The notes under the pieces were generated by a model, which worked only from the letters and a program-made list of their open reading frames with translations, ran no database searches and had not been told where the DNA came from. Position numbers and translations under genes: made by a program. A stretch of DNA of 64,000 bases from Methanobacteriota archaeon (GTDB lineage: Archaea; Thermoplasmatota; Poseidoniia; Poseidoniales; Poseidoniaceae). Every line of letters begins with the position of its first letter. The stretch's first letter is position 1. The DNA lies in assembly GCA_002718195.1 (NCBI GenBank), contig PBDU01000011.1, positions 219,927 to 283,926 on the forward strand, given 5' to 3'. Of the stretch, positions 46,755 through 56,644 are shown one piece after another.

Positions 46755-46811
46755 AAAATTACCGGCTGGGATTAGATTTGAACTTCTCAAGAATGAAGAG
46801 TGAATCACTCA
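46755..46811 (+). repeat. Right copy of ~57-bp direct repeat (attR-like)
   Basis: AAAATTACCGGCTGGGATTAGATTTGAACTTCTCAAGAATGAAGAGTGAATCACTCA; includes the tmk stop codon. Confidence 0.95.
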
Positions 46812-48160
46812 GGTGGCTGTAGTTTCCACCATATTGAGAGTTCCTCAGGACTTTGTGGTACAGGGCAGTTAACATGTCCACTGCTAAGAATATTCAATCT
46901 AAGTTTGATATTTTCAAAAGCAAGTTTTAGTTTTGGAGACAGTGACTTTTCTTCACCCAAGAGGAAAATGTCTTCGATAGCCTCTTCCCAGTTCGAGTCC
47001 TTGTTTGCCTTTCTCCAGGATGAGAGTTCTCTGCGTATAGGCCACAATGCAATTGCTAATCTACCATATCCTAATTTTTGATCTCTTAGCTTGAACATTT
47101 GTCCCTCAGAAAAAGGAACATGATTTTGCTGTTTGAATATCCAGTTTTCCGAAATTAGCCATCTTACCAAACGCTGAGTATGTCTTTGAGTAACATTTCT
47201 TATGGGTCCAAAGGAATTGTGCAATCTTGGGATTTCACAAGATCCAGACATCAAAGAAAGGGTTCCGATTACTGACCAAGCGGAGCGTGCAAGAGGATTT
47301 GCAGGGACATCGGAATCTTTAGCGCTCTTCACGGGCCATGAATTCTCAGCCATCCTCAACCAATCTGAGGGTGATTTTCCATCTAGCCAACCTTGGTGAA
47401 TTGGTTCGAATTCACCAGGTGCTCCCGGTAATCTTTGTTGTTTTTTCATGTCCCTGAGTAGGGATTCAATCAAACTCTGATCTACCTTGTCTGAGTCAAC
47501 ATTCAGAGGTTCTGGTCTTTGGTTGAAAAATGTCCTAAGAGCCTTCTTTAGAGATTTTTTCAAATCATCTAAGCCTCCTTCGTTCAGCACAGGTCCTATG
47601 ATAGTGCATTTGTCAAATGGTTTTGGATTTGGTATTTCTCCTCCAAGTAATTTCCCAAATCCGTCTCTAATTCTTTTTTGAATTTCGGTTGTTTCAAAAT
47701 ATTCTTGTTTAGCATTTGCCATTCTGAGAGTTCCGGATTGTATTCTCTTCATTGCCTTTTCAGGGTCACAATCAATCCATAGGACGAGGTCTGGAATGGC
47801 AGCGGCAGCATTCATTTTCGCAACCCTTTCAAGGCCTAAATCTCCTACAAATCCTTGGTAGATTAACGATGAATGAATATTCCTATCAGAAATTACTAAA
47901 CCACCACTTTCAAGAATTGGGATTACCCATGTGTGGCTATGGTCAAGCCTATCTGCTGCAAAAAGACCAGCTTCCTGCAATGGGGTTTTGTCGCCTTTTT
48001 GAACGGATTCAAGTGCTAACTTTCCAAGTTTAGAATGCCTTCTTGGCTCATGAGTAATGTGTATGCTAGGGAATGGAAACTCTCTCGCAATTTCGCCTAG
48101 CAGTCGAACCGCTTCGCCCTTGCCTGAACCATCCCCTCCCTCAACAGAGATAAGATACAT
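46805..48160 (-). CDS. tmk: Thymidylate kinase with ~230-aa C-terminal extension
   Basis: SVEGGDGSGK, THEP, LFAADR, ISDR...SSLIYQ and PDLVLWID. Confidence 0.88.
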   Translation of the reverse strand: MYLISVEGGDGSGKGEAVRLLGEIAREFPFPSIHITHEPRRHSKLGKLALESVQKGDKTPLQEAGLFAADRLDHSHTWVIPILESGGLVISDRNIHSSLIYQGFVGDLGLERVAKMNAAAAIPDLVLWIDCDPEKAMKRIQSGTLRMANAKQEYFETTEIQKRIRDGFGKLLGGEIPNPKPFDKCTIIGPVLNEGGLDDLKKSLKKALRTFFNQRPEPLNVDSDKVDQSLIESLLRDMKKQQRLPGAPGEFEPIHQGWLDGKSPSDWLRMAENSWPVKSAKDSDVPANPLARSAWSVIGTLSLMSGSCEIPRLHNSFGPIRNVTQRHTQRLVRWLISENWIFKQQNHVPFSEGQMFKLRDQKLGYGRLAIALWPIRRELSSWRKANKDSNWEEAIEDIFLLGEEKSLSPKLKLAFENIKLRLNILSSGHVNCPVPQSPEELSIWWKLQPPE

Positions 48161-48161
48161 T

Positions 48162-49094
48162 TCAAGCCACCAAATCCTCAAATTGCTTTTTACTGAATAT
48201 CAGAATAATCATGCCAAGGAGAATCAGAGCAGGTCCGAAAATGATTAACCCTCTACTGAATAGAGCCAGACCAGCAAGGTATTGTGTTCTTCTATATTTT
48301 TTCCCTCTTGATGCCTCAATAGATGCTTGCACGCCAATGAGACCAAAGAAAACAGTGAAAATTCCGATCGCAGAAGATAAGAAAACTGCATTCTCGACAC
48401 TCCACCCTTCATCAGTTGACTTTTCTCCCTCGATTACAGTTCCTTCACCAAGTGCGAGTGTAATGACACGCTCACCTGCTTCTCCAGGATTGACATACCT
48501 CTCAACAGTTTGATACCCATCTTTGCTTACACGCAGAATACTCTCTTCGGTGCTAACTTGATTAAATCTGTAAAATCCATTCTCATCTGTAATAGTACTC
48601 CTTATCTCTGTCATCGTTTCAGGATCTAACAGTTCTACTAGGGCCCCCTCGATTGAATCACCAGTATCTGCTTCCCAAACATCTCCAGCGTAGTCCACAG
48701 CCGAACTTTCCTCGAAGAGTGAGGTGTTTAGGAGGTCTGCAGGATTACCTGTCATAAGGAGTGCTCCTGAAATTATTCCGAGTATTGATCCAGTAAGAAT
48801 TAGTAAAGACGCAAGGCTCCTGAGCCTTTTTAGGTCCGAAGTGGCAATCATGTCTTGTGCTTCTTCCACCTTTTTAGTGGCAATTGTCACTGCCTCTTTC
48901 ACCGTCTCGGAATCGATTAGCATGTCAGCAGATTCTTGAACAAACCTCGCTTGTTCAATTATGCTAGATTCCTTTCTTTTTTTACCAGATTTTTCGATTA
49001 AAGTAGCCTCAACCTCTGATTCTTCCTGAGATAATTTACTTGCAACTCTTGACCTGAGAGCAGCCAGTCTTTTCTCCCTATCATCAGCCATCAT
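48162..49094 (-). CDS. Membrane protein with carboxypeptidase-regulatory-like (transthyretin-like) domain
   Basis: GDSIEGALVEL...TITDENGFYRF...SKDGY between TM helices. Confidence 0.7.
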   Translation of the reverse strand: MMADDREKRLAALRSRVASKLSQEESEVEATLIEKSGKKRKESSIIEQARFVQESADMLIDSETVKEAVTIATKKVEEAQDMIATSDLKRLRSLASLLILTGSILGIISGALLMTGNPADLLNTSLFEESSAVDYAGDVWEADTGDSIEGALVELLDPETMTEIRSTITDENGFYRFNQVSTEESILRVSKDGYQTVERYVNPGEAGERVITLALGEGTVIEGEKSTDEGWSVENAVFLSSAIGIFTVFFGLIGVQASIEASRGKKYRRTQYLAGLALFSRGLIIFGPALILLGMIILIFSKKQFEDLVA

Positions 49095-49142
49095 ATCACC
49101 GGGTTATGTTCTGCCAGGTCGTGCGCGGTAAAGGACTTGTTC

Positions 49143-50342
49143 CTACTTCGTCCGCGGTCGGGAGGCTAGTTCAATGCTCTTAATTATCCTGATCGAAACT
49201 ACAATTCCAATGATTAATATTATCTGGCTAGTAATGACTATTTTTTCAAATGCTGAAAACATTCTACTCTCAATAATTTCTTCTTCAGTGCTATTGGTTG
49301 TGCTATTCACAATTTCAATAAAAGAAGGTTGGTAATCTATCCAACTACCTGATCGCAGCCCTAACTCCACAATTTTCCCAGCCTTTCCTAGAGACTCTGC
49401 TGAAATTTTGTCTAATGTATCATTGGTTGTATGGAAGTATCCACCCAAGATAGTTTCATCACCGTAATTTACATCAATTATGTCAATTGCTGGAATTCCA
49501 ACATTTGTAGCACTAACATGGTCATCCTGTATCCAAACTGGGACTTTGTTTAGGTTGTAAACATCAGTACCTTGCTCTCCAAGGCAATCCAACTCTCCCT
49601 CGACGAAGCCAAGAGCAGTTGATATGTTTAGCATTGTATCCCAAAGGATAGGGGTGCTCAACATCTCTTTCCTGAAATTAAAGTCTACATCGCCTACCAT
49701 GTCAAGTAAAATGAATGCAGAAATTGTATCGATTTCCTCTTGCGTAAGGTTCGCTGCCCATGCTTTTGAGCCGAGCATGCTCGGAGTAACTCCTTGGTCT
49801 TCGGCATCAAAAAGAATTAACCAGACATCATGAGATAGATTCATATTTGGAATAATAGGGAGTAATTCGAACAAAACACCAACACCACTTGCTCCATCGT
49901 TTGCACCATCAATAGGATTGTCTCTAAGGTCAGGGTTCTCGTCTCTTTCTGCCCTGTCTCTTGAATCGTAATGGGCAGCAATTATTACTACTTCTCCAGT
50001 TGAACTTTCGGGAGAGTATTTTGCGATTAAGTTAGTAGCATTCATGCCATCTACATAGTGGGAAGGTGTTGAAACTTCATATCCTGTTGCATTTTCTGAG
50101 AATGAATTGATTAGTTTGGCGCTAGCTTCGGAGCCTGGAATTCTGTAGCCTAATTCGACTTGAAAAGTAGCATAATCCATTGACTGGTTGCCTTCGAATA
50201 CCAATTCGTCATAATGTTGGCATACTTCTTCAAGTGTTTTCAAGTTTGAAACTTGGACAATTTCTGTCTCTGCTGATGCCATGGTCGAATTGGCAAGTAA
50301 AATCAAAGAATATAGAATTGCAATCATCCACTTGCGCACCAT
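49143..50342 (-). CDS. Secreted, C-terminally anchored M28 peptidase / glutaminyl cyclase-like protein
   Basis: Signal peptide, AHYDS, GANDGASG, FDAED, LLDMVG, DDH, FHT and a C-terminal TM. Confidence 0.85.
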   Translation of the reverse strand: MVRKWMIAILYSLILLANSTMASAETEIVQVSNLKTLEEVCQHYDELVFEGNQSMDYATFQVELGYRIPGSEASAKLINSFSENATGYEVSTPSHYVDGMNATNLIAKYSPESSTGEVVIIAAHYDSRDRAERDENPDLRDNPIDGANDGASGVGVLFELLPIIPNMNLSHDVWLILFDAEDQGVTPSMLGSKAWAANLTQEEIDTISAFILLDMVGDVDFNFRKEMLSTPILWDTMLNISTALGFVEGELDCLGEQGTDVYNLNKVPVWIQDDHVSATNVGIPAIDIIDVNYGDETILGGYFHTTNDTLDKISAESLGKAGKIVELGLRSGSWIDYQPSFIEIVNSTTNSTEEEIIESRMFSAFEKIVITSQIILIIGIVVSIRIIKSIELASRPRTK

Positions 50343-50433
50343 ATCCTACCACCTCTGTATGATGCGAAATCTAACTACGCTTAAATACCTCATCTCGATG
50401 GTTTTTCTATTGGCTTTGTAAAAAGCAAAACAG

Positions 50434-53400
50434 GTGACTCAAATGTCGGAACCATGTACTAAAAAAACACTCATTTCCTCTTCGCTTGTTCTGCTATTTT
50501 TGATATCAGTTTTATCTCCGCTTGCAGCAGCAAATCCAGAAGAAACTCAAGAAGTTGAACAAATAAATGTGAACGCTGATGCAAAGATTGTCGCAGACAT
50601 AGCAGATTTCCAGGTCAATGAAGGATATTCCTATCTATTCATGGATGAAGAAACCCCAGTTGTTTCTGCAACATCTTTCATGAAAAAATCATGGATAGAT
50701 GCGGGAAGACCATACTTAGAGGGTCATCCGTCAACTTTGGAAGAGGCCGTAACCAGCGGCAGAGCAGCAGGTAGGTCCTGCAACTCATACAATACCGGGG
50801 ATACTTTGACTGCGCCAACCTCGGGGGGTAGCGTTGATGTATATGTGGCAAAAACAACCACAACAGTTGCATTCCTGGTTCAAACGGGAAGAACTCTCTC
50901 AAGTACAGTACTTCAGAATTTAGCCTCGACTTGGGACCAGACGATCTATCCAACTCTCACCACTTATTACGGCAAAGATTACCAAGATGGAAGAGGAGTT
51001 GCTCCTCCGGATGTTGATGGAAACTGCCAGGTTGAAATCGTGATTTATGACATAGATGGTGCTTACAACATAGGCGGTTATTTTGCCCCAGGTCTTGCAA
51101 GTCAGAGAGAAATTGTGTTTGTTGATTATGCTGACATAACACTTTCATGGGGCAAATCGATTATTGCTCACGAGTTACAACACCTGCTTCACAATGCACA
51201 GGATCCATACGAAAATTTGTGGGTAGATGAAGGAAATGCAGATGTTGCAATCTACTTGTGTTTCGGAGCAGACTCCACCTTAAGGGGGCACGTCAATGGC
51301 TGGACATCGGCACCCGAATTGTCGGTGCGATGGTGGAATCAAAGAAATGCAGATTACGGTGCAGGTTTCATGATGATGATGTACCTTGTTGACCAGTTAG
51401 GTGGCGGTCCTGCAATGAGGCAACTTGTTCAAGATTCTTCTACCGGCGGCGTGGGGGTTAGAAACCTTGCAATAGCACCTCCAAATGGACAAGGCGGTAA
51501 AATCGGCTCTAACATGAACGATGTGTTTGCTAACTTCTCTATTGCTGCAACACTTGATTCCGATCAAGGTATTTACGGATACGCAAACTTAGACCTTCGA
51601 GACACTTGCTCTGGTGCTGTTTTCTGTAAGGCTCAACCTGCTGCGACTAATTCCAATTGGGCAACTCCTTATTCTTCAACAGGTCATCAAACCGAAGCAT
51701 GGGGAATTCGCTCGTTCAAGTTCACACCAGGAGGTGCTTCACCAGCACCCCTGACAATGAGGCTTACCACAGATGTTGCTGGCTTCGATGGAGTACTTGT
51801 CACAAAATCCATGACTGATGGTTTGTACAGCGTCACCGACTTAACTTTCCAAGGAACAACAGCAACCGCTTTAGTGCCAGGGTTTGGTAATCTGACAGAC
51901 GAAGTTTGGGCTATAACATGGTATGCCAGTTCTGTAGCGGACTGTGATTACACATCATGCGGAAATTCATATCCGCAGGGAACTATTGATATCGAAGCAG
52001 CTAGAATAACTTCTCCTGCGAGTATAAACTTCAACACTACCACTCTCACAGATAGAGATGGTGATGGTCTTGACGACACAGCAGAAGTTGGTTTTGATGT
52101 CACCTCGAATGCATTCTTCGAGGATTTGGATACAGAAATATCTGTGTTGGACTCCTCCGGAAACATGGTTGATTCCATAACCACTAGAATAACTGCTGGG
52201 GGAGGTGTTGCAGCACCATATTCAATCTTCTTCACCCCAAACATGGATGATCAATATTCGTTTAATTTCAAGCTTAAGAATGTATTAGGAGAGCAGATAG
52301 ATGAGTTGACTTCTGCACCACAATTACTATCCAACATGAGGCCAGTTTCCAACGGTACAGTCTCAACTAACCTCTCCCTTACATGGGAGAAAATAACTTT
52401 CAGCGGAGATGGATTTGACGCATGGGGATTGTCCCTGACCAACAATTCCTTACCATATCTGGATTCACCTGTCGCTTATGCATGGGATTTTGGAGATAAT
52501 CAAACCTCCAGTCTAAAATCACCAACTAGGCATTACGAGGAAATCGGAGTTTACAATGCTACGCTAAGGGTAAGAGATACTGGTGGACTCTGGTCTGAAA
52601 CTGATATTTTTGAAATGGTCTTGTTTGACGATACTATACCTAATCCAATAGTGACAGTAAATGATCAATTCGTGGCTAATGAAATCAGTGTTTTAACCGG
52701 TCAAAGAATCCTATTTTCAGCAGCAAGAACCACTGATAACGTGCCAGTAACAAATCTAAACTTCACATGGGACTGGGGAGACGGCTCAAGCGTTGGAGGA
52801 ATAGGCGCATACACTGCTTATCACTCATGGGATTCAATCGATGCTCAAAATGTAACATACAATCTTACGCTAACAGTCAGCGATGGAATCAATATCGCAG
52901 TCAAGAATATACTGGTGCAGGTTAACAACAGGCTTCCAGTGCAAGTATTCAATGATGTCTTAGAAACTACCACCTATGCTCCTCTTCAAGTCCCTGTCAT
53001 CTTCGAAGATATCGATGGCGAGATTGAATCATGGTCCTGGTCATTCCCCGGAGGGGTCAATCTCGATGGGATTGGTGTAGGAAGAGATAGTGAATTTGGG
53101 CTTGTCTCTTCGACCAACGAATTCCCTACTCCTGCGTGGAACACACCTGGTAACAAAACCATCACTCTAACAGTTACAGACGACGACGGTGGTTCTTCCG
53201 TTGCAAATCTTCTGGTAATTGTTAGAAATCAATTACCTGTAGCCGACTTCTCGGTTAGGGAAAGTGCCTCTGCTGTAGGTCAATTCATCGACGTAAGGTC
53301 TGAGGATTTGCAAGTTGATACTCAATATGTCTTTGATGGAAGAGCTTCTTTCGACCCAGATGGGACTCTTGGTGATTTCAATGATCTAATTTTCACTTGG

Positions 53401-54660
53401 GGCTTCCCAGATGGAAATGATACCGATAGCGTACAGCCAAGATATACCTTCGGTGAGCCTGGAGTTTACAGAGTAAACCTTACTGTAACCGATGAGCAGG
53501 GTGAGCAAAGCATAACTCGAACCATGATAATTAGGGTAGCAAACCCTCTACCTATTGCAAATGCAAGAATTGTTGAAGGTTGGATTGATGATTCATTGAT
53601 CACCGTTGATTCAGATTTCAACCGCTCGGCATTGCCTGATGTGTTCAAGAGAGTTTTCGATGATGATGGAAACACCCATGCTGCACCTGGTACATTGCTC
53701 TATTTCGACTCCTCTGGTACAAGGGATGGTGACAGGAAATATGAAGGCAAATTTGTTCCCTTAGAACAATCTTCTCCTGACTGGAACGGTATTGTACAAT
53801 ACTCCTGGGACTTTGGCGATGGCTCTCCAATTAGCAACGAACCTTTCCCGTGGCATTCATATGAGAGACCTGGAGAATATTCTGTCTCCTTAACAGTTAG
53901 AGATTCTTACGGGACAGGAGATGTAACAAGGGTATTTTTGATGGTAATAATCGATTATGCTCCAGAGATTAACGGACTTGATATTCCTTCTGAAATTTAC
54001 GAAGGTATCCAATATGCACTTGACGCAAACGTGTCCGATTATGAATCTGAAAATGAGATTGGGCTTTGTCTGGATGATGATGTTGATGACGGCTCAGATG
54101 TAGACTGTGATCAGGTACTGGCCACTGAGGTAAGTGTGAGATGGGAATTGGACTTAACCAACGACACAAACCAAAATAACATCCCTGATGATGATTGGAA
54201 AGACCCTGTGAGCGGTCAAGTTGCTAAGGTCAAAATGATATGGATGACTCCCGGAAAAAGAGATATTAAAATCGAAGTTTGTGATTCACTAAATCAATGC
54301 GTAACAATGACTGAGACAGTATCAGTTCTTCCAGAGGAACTCGCACCTCCTTCATTAAGCGATTACACTCTTGAGGATTGGAGTGCGTGGTTCAAGAGAA
54401 CTGGGACCGATGCTTTGCTATTCCTTGCTTTGGTTATGGTTGCTCTGATACTGGGTTATTTCGTCATGAGGGCTCCAACAGATTCAGAACTTGATGCAAT
54501 GGAAGCCGAGGCCGTGTACGATGACTTGGAAGTTGTTGAGGGGGCTAAAGGACTGGTCAGCATCGACGATCACACGCCACCGCCAACTCCTAAGATTTTA
54601 ACAAAAGATGAGCGGACAAATTCCGAGAGTGGATATGTAAGACCGGTTCGAAGGGGATAA
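50434..54660 (+). CDS. Secreted M30/M6-like zinc metallopeptidase with multiple PKD domains and a C-terminal TM anchor
   Basis: Signal peptide, AHELQH...WVDEG, repeated WDFGDG / LTVTDD PKD motifs and a TM near the C-terminus. Confidence 0.88.
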   Translation: MTQMSEPCTKKTLISSSLVLLFLISVLSPLAAANPEETQEVEQINVNADAKIVADIADFQVNEGYSYLFMDEETPVVSATSFMKKSWIDAGRPYLEGHPSTLEEAVTSGRAAGRSCNSYNTGDTLTAPTSGGSVDVYVAKTTTTVAFLVQTGRTLSSTVLQNLASTWDQTIYPTLTTYYGKDYQDGRGVAPPDVDGNCQVEIVIYDIDGAYNIGGYFAPGLASQREIVFVDYADITLSWGKSIIAHELQHLLHNAQDPYENLWVDEGNADVAIYLCFGADSTLRGHVNGWTSAPELSVRWWNQRNADYGAGFMMMMYLVDQLGGGPAMRQLVQDSSTGGVGVRNLAIAPPNGQGGKIGSNMNDVFANFSIAATLDSDQGIYGYANLDLRDTCSGAVFCKAQPAATNSNWATPYSSTGHQTEAWGIRSFKFTPGGASPAPLTMRLTTDVAGFDGVLVTKSMTDGLYSVTDLTFQGTTATALVPGFGNLTDEVWAITWYASSVADCDYTSCGNSYPQGTIDIEAARITSPASINFNTTTLTDRDGDGLDDTAEVGFDVTSNAFFEDLDTEISVLDSSGNMVDSITTRITAGGGVAAPYSIFFTPNMDDQYSFNFKLKNVLGEQIDELTSAPQLLSNMRPVSNGTVSTNLSLTWEKITFSGDGFDAWGLSLTNNSLPYLDSPVAYAWDFGDNQTSSLKSPTRHYEEIGVYNATLRVRDTGGLWSETDIFEMVLFDDTIPNPIVTVNDQFVANEISVLTGQRILFSAARTTDNVPVTNLNFTWDWGDGSSVGGIGAYTAYHSWDSIDAQNVTYNLTLTVSDGINIAVKNILVQVNNRLPVQVFNDVLETTTYAPLQVPVIFEDIDGEIESWSWSFPGGVNLDGIGVGRDSEFGLVSSTNEFPTPAWNTPGNKTITLTVTDDDGGSSVANLLVIVRNQLPVADFSVRESASAVGQFIDVRSEDLQVDTQYVFDGRASFDPDGTLGDFNDLIFTWGFPDGNDTDSVQPRYTFGEPGVYRVNLTVTDEQGEQSITRTMIIRVANPLPIANARIVEGWIDDSLITVDSDFNRSALPDVFKRVFDDDGNTHAAPGTLLYFDSSGTRDGDRKYEGKFVPLEQSSPDWNGIVQYSWDFGDGSPISNEPFPWHSYERPGEYSVSLTVRDSYGTGDVTRVFLMVIIDYAPEINGLDIPSEIYEGIQYALDANVSDYESENEIGLCLDDDVDDGSDVDCDQVLATEVSVRWELDLTNDTNQNNIPDDDWKDPVSGQVAKVKMIWMTPGKRDIKIEVCDSLNQCVTMTETVSVLPEELAPPSLSDYTLEDWSAWFKRTGTDALLFLALVMVALILGYFVMRAPTDSELDAMEAEAVYDDLEVVEGAKGLVSIDDHTPPPTPKILTKDERTNSESGYVRPVRRG

Positions 54661-54702
54661 TCCGGACTCAGATTTTTAGGGCAGTTTGTTGTGGGTATTG
54701 AT

Positions 54703-55737
54703 ATGAAGAGCACAAGATTTGGAGTGCCTTTCGTTCTCACGTTACTCATTTTACTCCCTGCTTTTTTCTCTCAAGGATTTGTCGTGACTAGCGTTTCTGC
54801 GAATTCAAACTGCCAAGCAGATACTTCTCCTATTGAATGGAATGAAAGCCTGCAAAGACTTGCAATTACTCCTATGTCTCATTCAAACACATACTACCCA
54901 TGGGACGATGTGTATTATTACGAAGATGAATACTACCCAGAGCCGAGTTATAATCAACAAAATCTCAACGATTCATTGCACCCTGAAGAGCCATGGATGT
55001 ACAATAGATGGGGTAGGGTGCCTTCTTTAGACACATTAAGAGATTCCCATTACACCAGCATGCAAATTGGTAATGATTCTGCAGGAGTATTGAAGATGAA
55101 CCTTTCAAAAGACTACAGGTACGTGATGTGTGTGTCCTTGCAAAAGATCGAAAACAACCAAACCAGTGATGTATCTGCGGATATATACCTCTTCACGAAT
55201 TCAGAATATAACAAATATGAGCAAGCGTATACAAACGCCCACTCGGAAGATTTGTGGTGGGAAGATTTTGATGAGTCTATTTCTGACATTCCACCTGAGT
55301 GGAGAAGATACAATCCATTGGGATGGTCTACGTTTAGAGATGCTCATCAATACGAAGGTGTGGAATCAGCAACTATTACGGTTGCATTAGACAAAGATCC
55401 AGTTAGCAATACCCTGTTCAATGGTTTGCAATGGCAAGAATTTTACTTGGTGATAGATAATTGGGACAATGGTCATGAAGGTGATTCTGAACAATCTAAT
55501 TCGGTGGTTGTAGCAGATGTTACATTCGTGCCTGTCGAGAGGTCTTTTGTAATTCCGCCAATGACTGTATCATTGGTATTTTTATCAACATTTATCGCAA
55601 TAATGATCGTACCTTTTGTCCTCAACAAGAGATACATGTCGAGTGGTTTAGAGCCGGAACATGTTGAGAGCGATGGAATCATGCCATCCTTAAGTCAACA
55701 GCCCGAAATCAACGATGTGAGTTTCAAACAAACCTAA
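54703..55737 (+). CDS. Secreted/membrane-anchored hypothetical protein
   Basis: Signal peptide, Trp/Tyr-rich domain (YLVIDNWD) and C-terminal TM. Confidence 0.7.
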   Translation: MKSTRFGVPFVLTLLILLPAFFSQGFVVTSVSANSNCQADTSPIEWNESLQRLAITPMSHSNTYYPWDDVYYYEDEYYPEPSYNQQNLNDSLHPEEPWMYNRWGRVPSLDTLRDSHYTSMQIGNDSAGVLKMNLSKDYRYVMCVSLQKIENNQTSDVSADIYLFTNSEYNKYEQAYTNAHSEDLWWEDFDESISDIPPEWRRYNPLGWSTFRDAHQYEGVESATITVALDKDPVSNTLFNGLQWQEFYLVIDNWDNGHEGDSEQSNSVVVADVTFVPVERSFVIPPMTVSLVFLSTFIAIMIVPFVLNKRYMSSGLEPEHVESDGIMPSLSQQPEINDVSFKQT

Positions 55738-55739
55738 AT

Positions 55740-56537
55740 TCAATACTCGAGAAGCAACCATGCGTCTCTAAGGTCCCTGATGTTAACCAATCCCTCATTC
55801 TTCAGAGAGTACTCGTCTCTCATTGTAGCATAAACAAGCGATTGACCAAGTGCTGGAGCATGTAGTCTAACCCAATCTCCACCATTTCCTAGACCCATGA
55901 TGGAGTGGCTTAGTCCTTCTCCTTTCAAATCTTCAGCGGCATTTACCAGTTGTAGGGCATCTTGTTGTTCATTGATTTTGTAGCAGACCTTGACGATATT
56001 TCCTAGTTCGCTAGATTCCTTGATGTGGTTTATGATATCTGCTGCAGTAGGTGTTCCCGAAGTATCGTGATGGGAAGCGATTACAGAGGAATTATTTGAC
56101 TTAGCTTCCTCAATCAGCGACTTTCTTTCTCCTTCATCAATGGATAGTTCAAGATCTACCCAAGATACTTGATTAGATATTGCTTTTTTAAGAATCTCAA
56201 TTCTCTGTTCTTCAGTACCAGCGAAATATCCTCCCTCTCTTACAGGTCTAACGGTGAAAATAACGGGAAGGGGTATTTGTTCCTTGAAGGTGGCAATAGC
56301 CTCGTCTACTTCAACATCTTCGAAGTTTAGTACCGGCCATTCTGATTGTGGAGGCAGGCTTTCTCTCCTTCTTCCATCTTCATCTTCTGTGACTGTAGGT
56401 TCGGGCTTTGAAAGGTACAATCTGTCGAATCTTACCTCAACTAAATCAGCACCAGCTAGATTCGCTCTAGCCGCTTCATCAATCATTTCAATTACCGTGG
56501 TTCCGTTCAAGGATACACACACCTTCGGGTCAGCCAT
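55740..56537 (-). CDS. aroD: Type I 3-dehydroquinate dehydratase
   Basis: ADLVEVRFD, IFTVR...EGG, VDLEL, SHHD and catalytic Lys in IVKV. Confidence 0.85.
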   Translation of the reverse strand: MADPKVCVSLNGTTVIEMIDEAARANLAGADLVEVRFDRLYLSKPEPTVTEDEDGRRRESLPPQSEWPVLNFEDVEVDEAIATFKEQIPLPVIFTVRPVREGGYFAGTEEQRIEILKKAISNQVSWVDLELSIDEGERKSLIEEAKSNNSSVIASHHDTSGTPTAADIINHIKESSELGNIVKVCYKINEQQDALQLVNAAEDLKGEGLSHSIMGLGNGGDWVRLHAPALGQSLVYATMRDEYSLKNEGLVNIRDLRDAWLLLEY

Positions 56538-56644
56538 GCGTTTGCCGACTTTTGACCCATTCTTAACGCTCACGGCTATGTTTTGATTAGAGAATTCTTG
56601 AAAATGAGAAGTTTGGATGTGCAAAAAGTATCAAATTTATGAAT

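Larger units (their letters stand above)
45269..46811. mobile_element. Single-gene integrated island bounded by direct repeats (1486-bp offset); no integrase
   Basis: Direct repeats at both ends, AT-/Lys-rich cargo ORF, and insertion at the junction of the convergent DUF2085 and tmk genes. Confidence 0.8.

Noticed and set aside
45269-46811. Island as an IS element with target-site duplication, or as a tRNA-integrated prophage
   Set aside because: No transposase or terminal inverted repeats; the 57-bp repeat with synonymous mismatches is unlike a TSD; no tRNA or virion genes.
56563-56570. Extra TTAACGCT copy near aroD/gyrB
   Set aside because: Single partial copy at the expected TATA position for aroD; not evidence of a second array.
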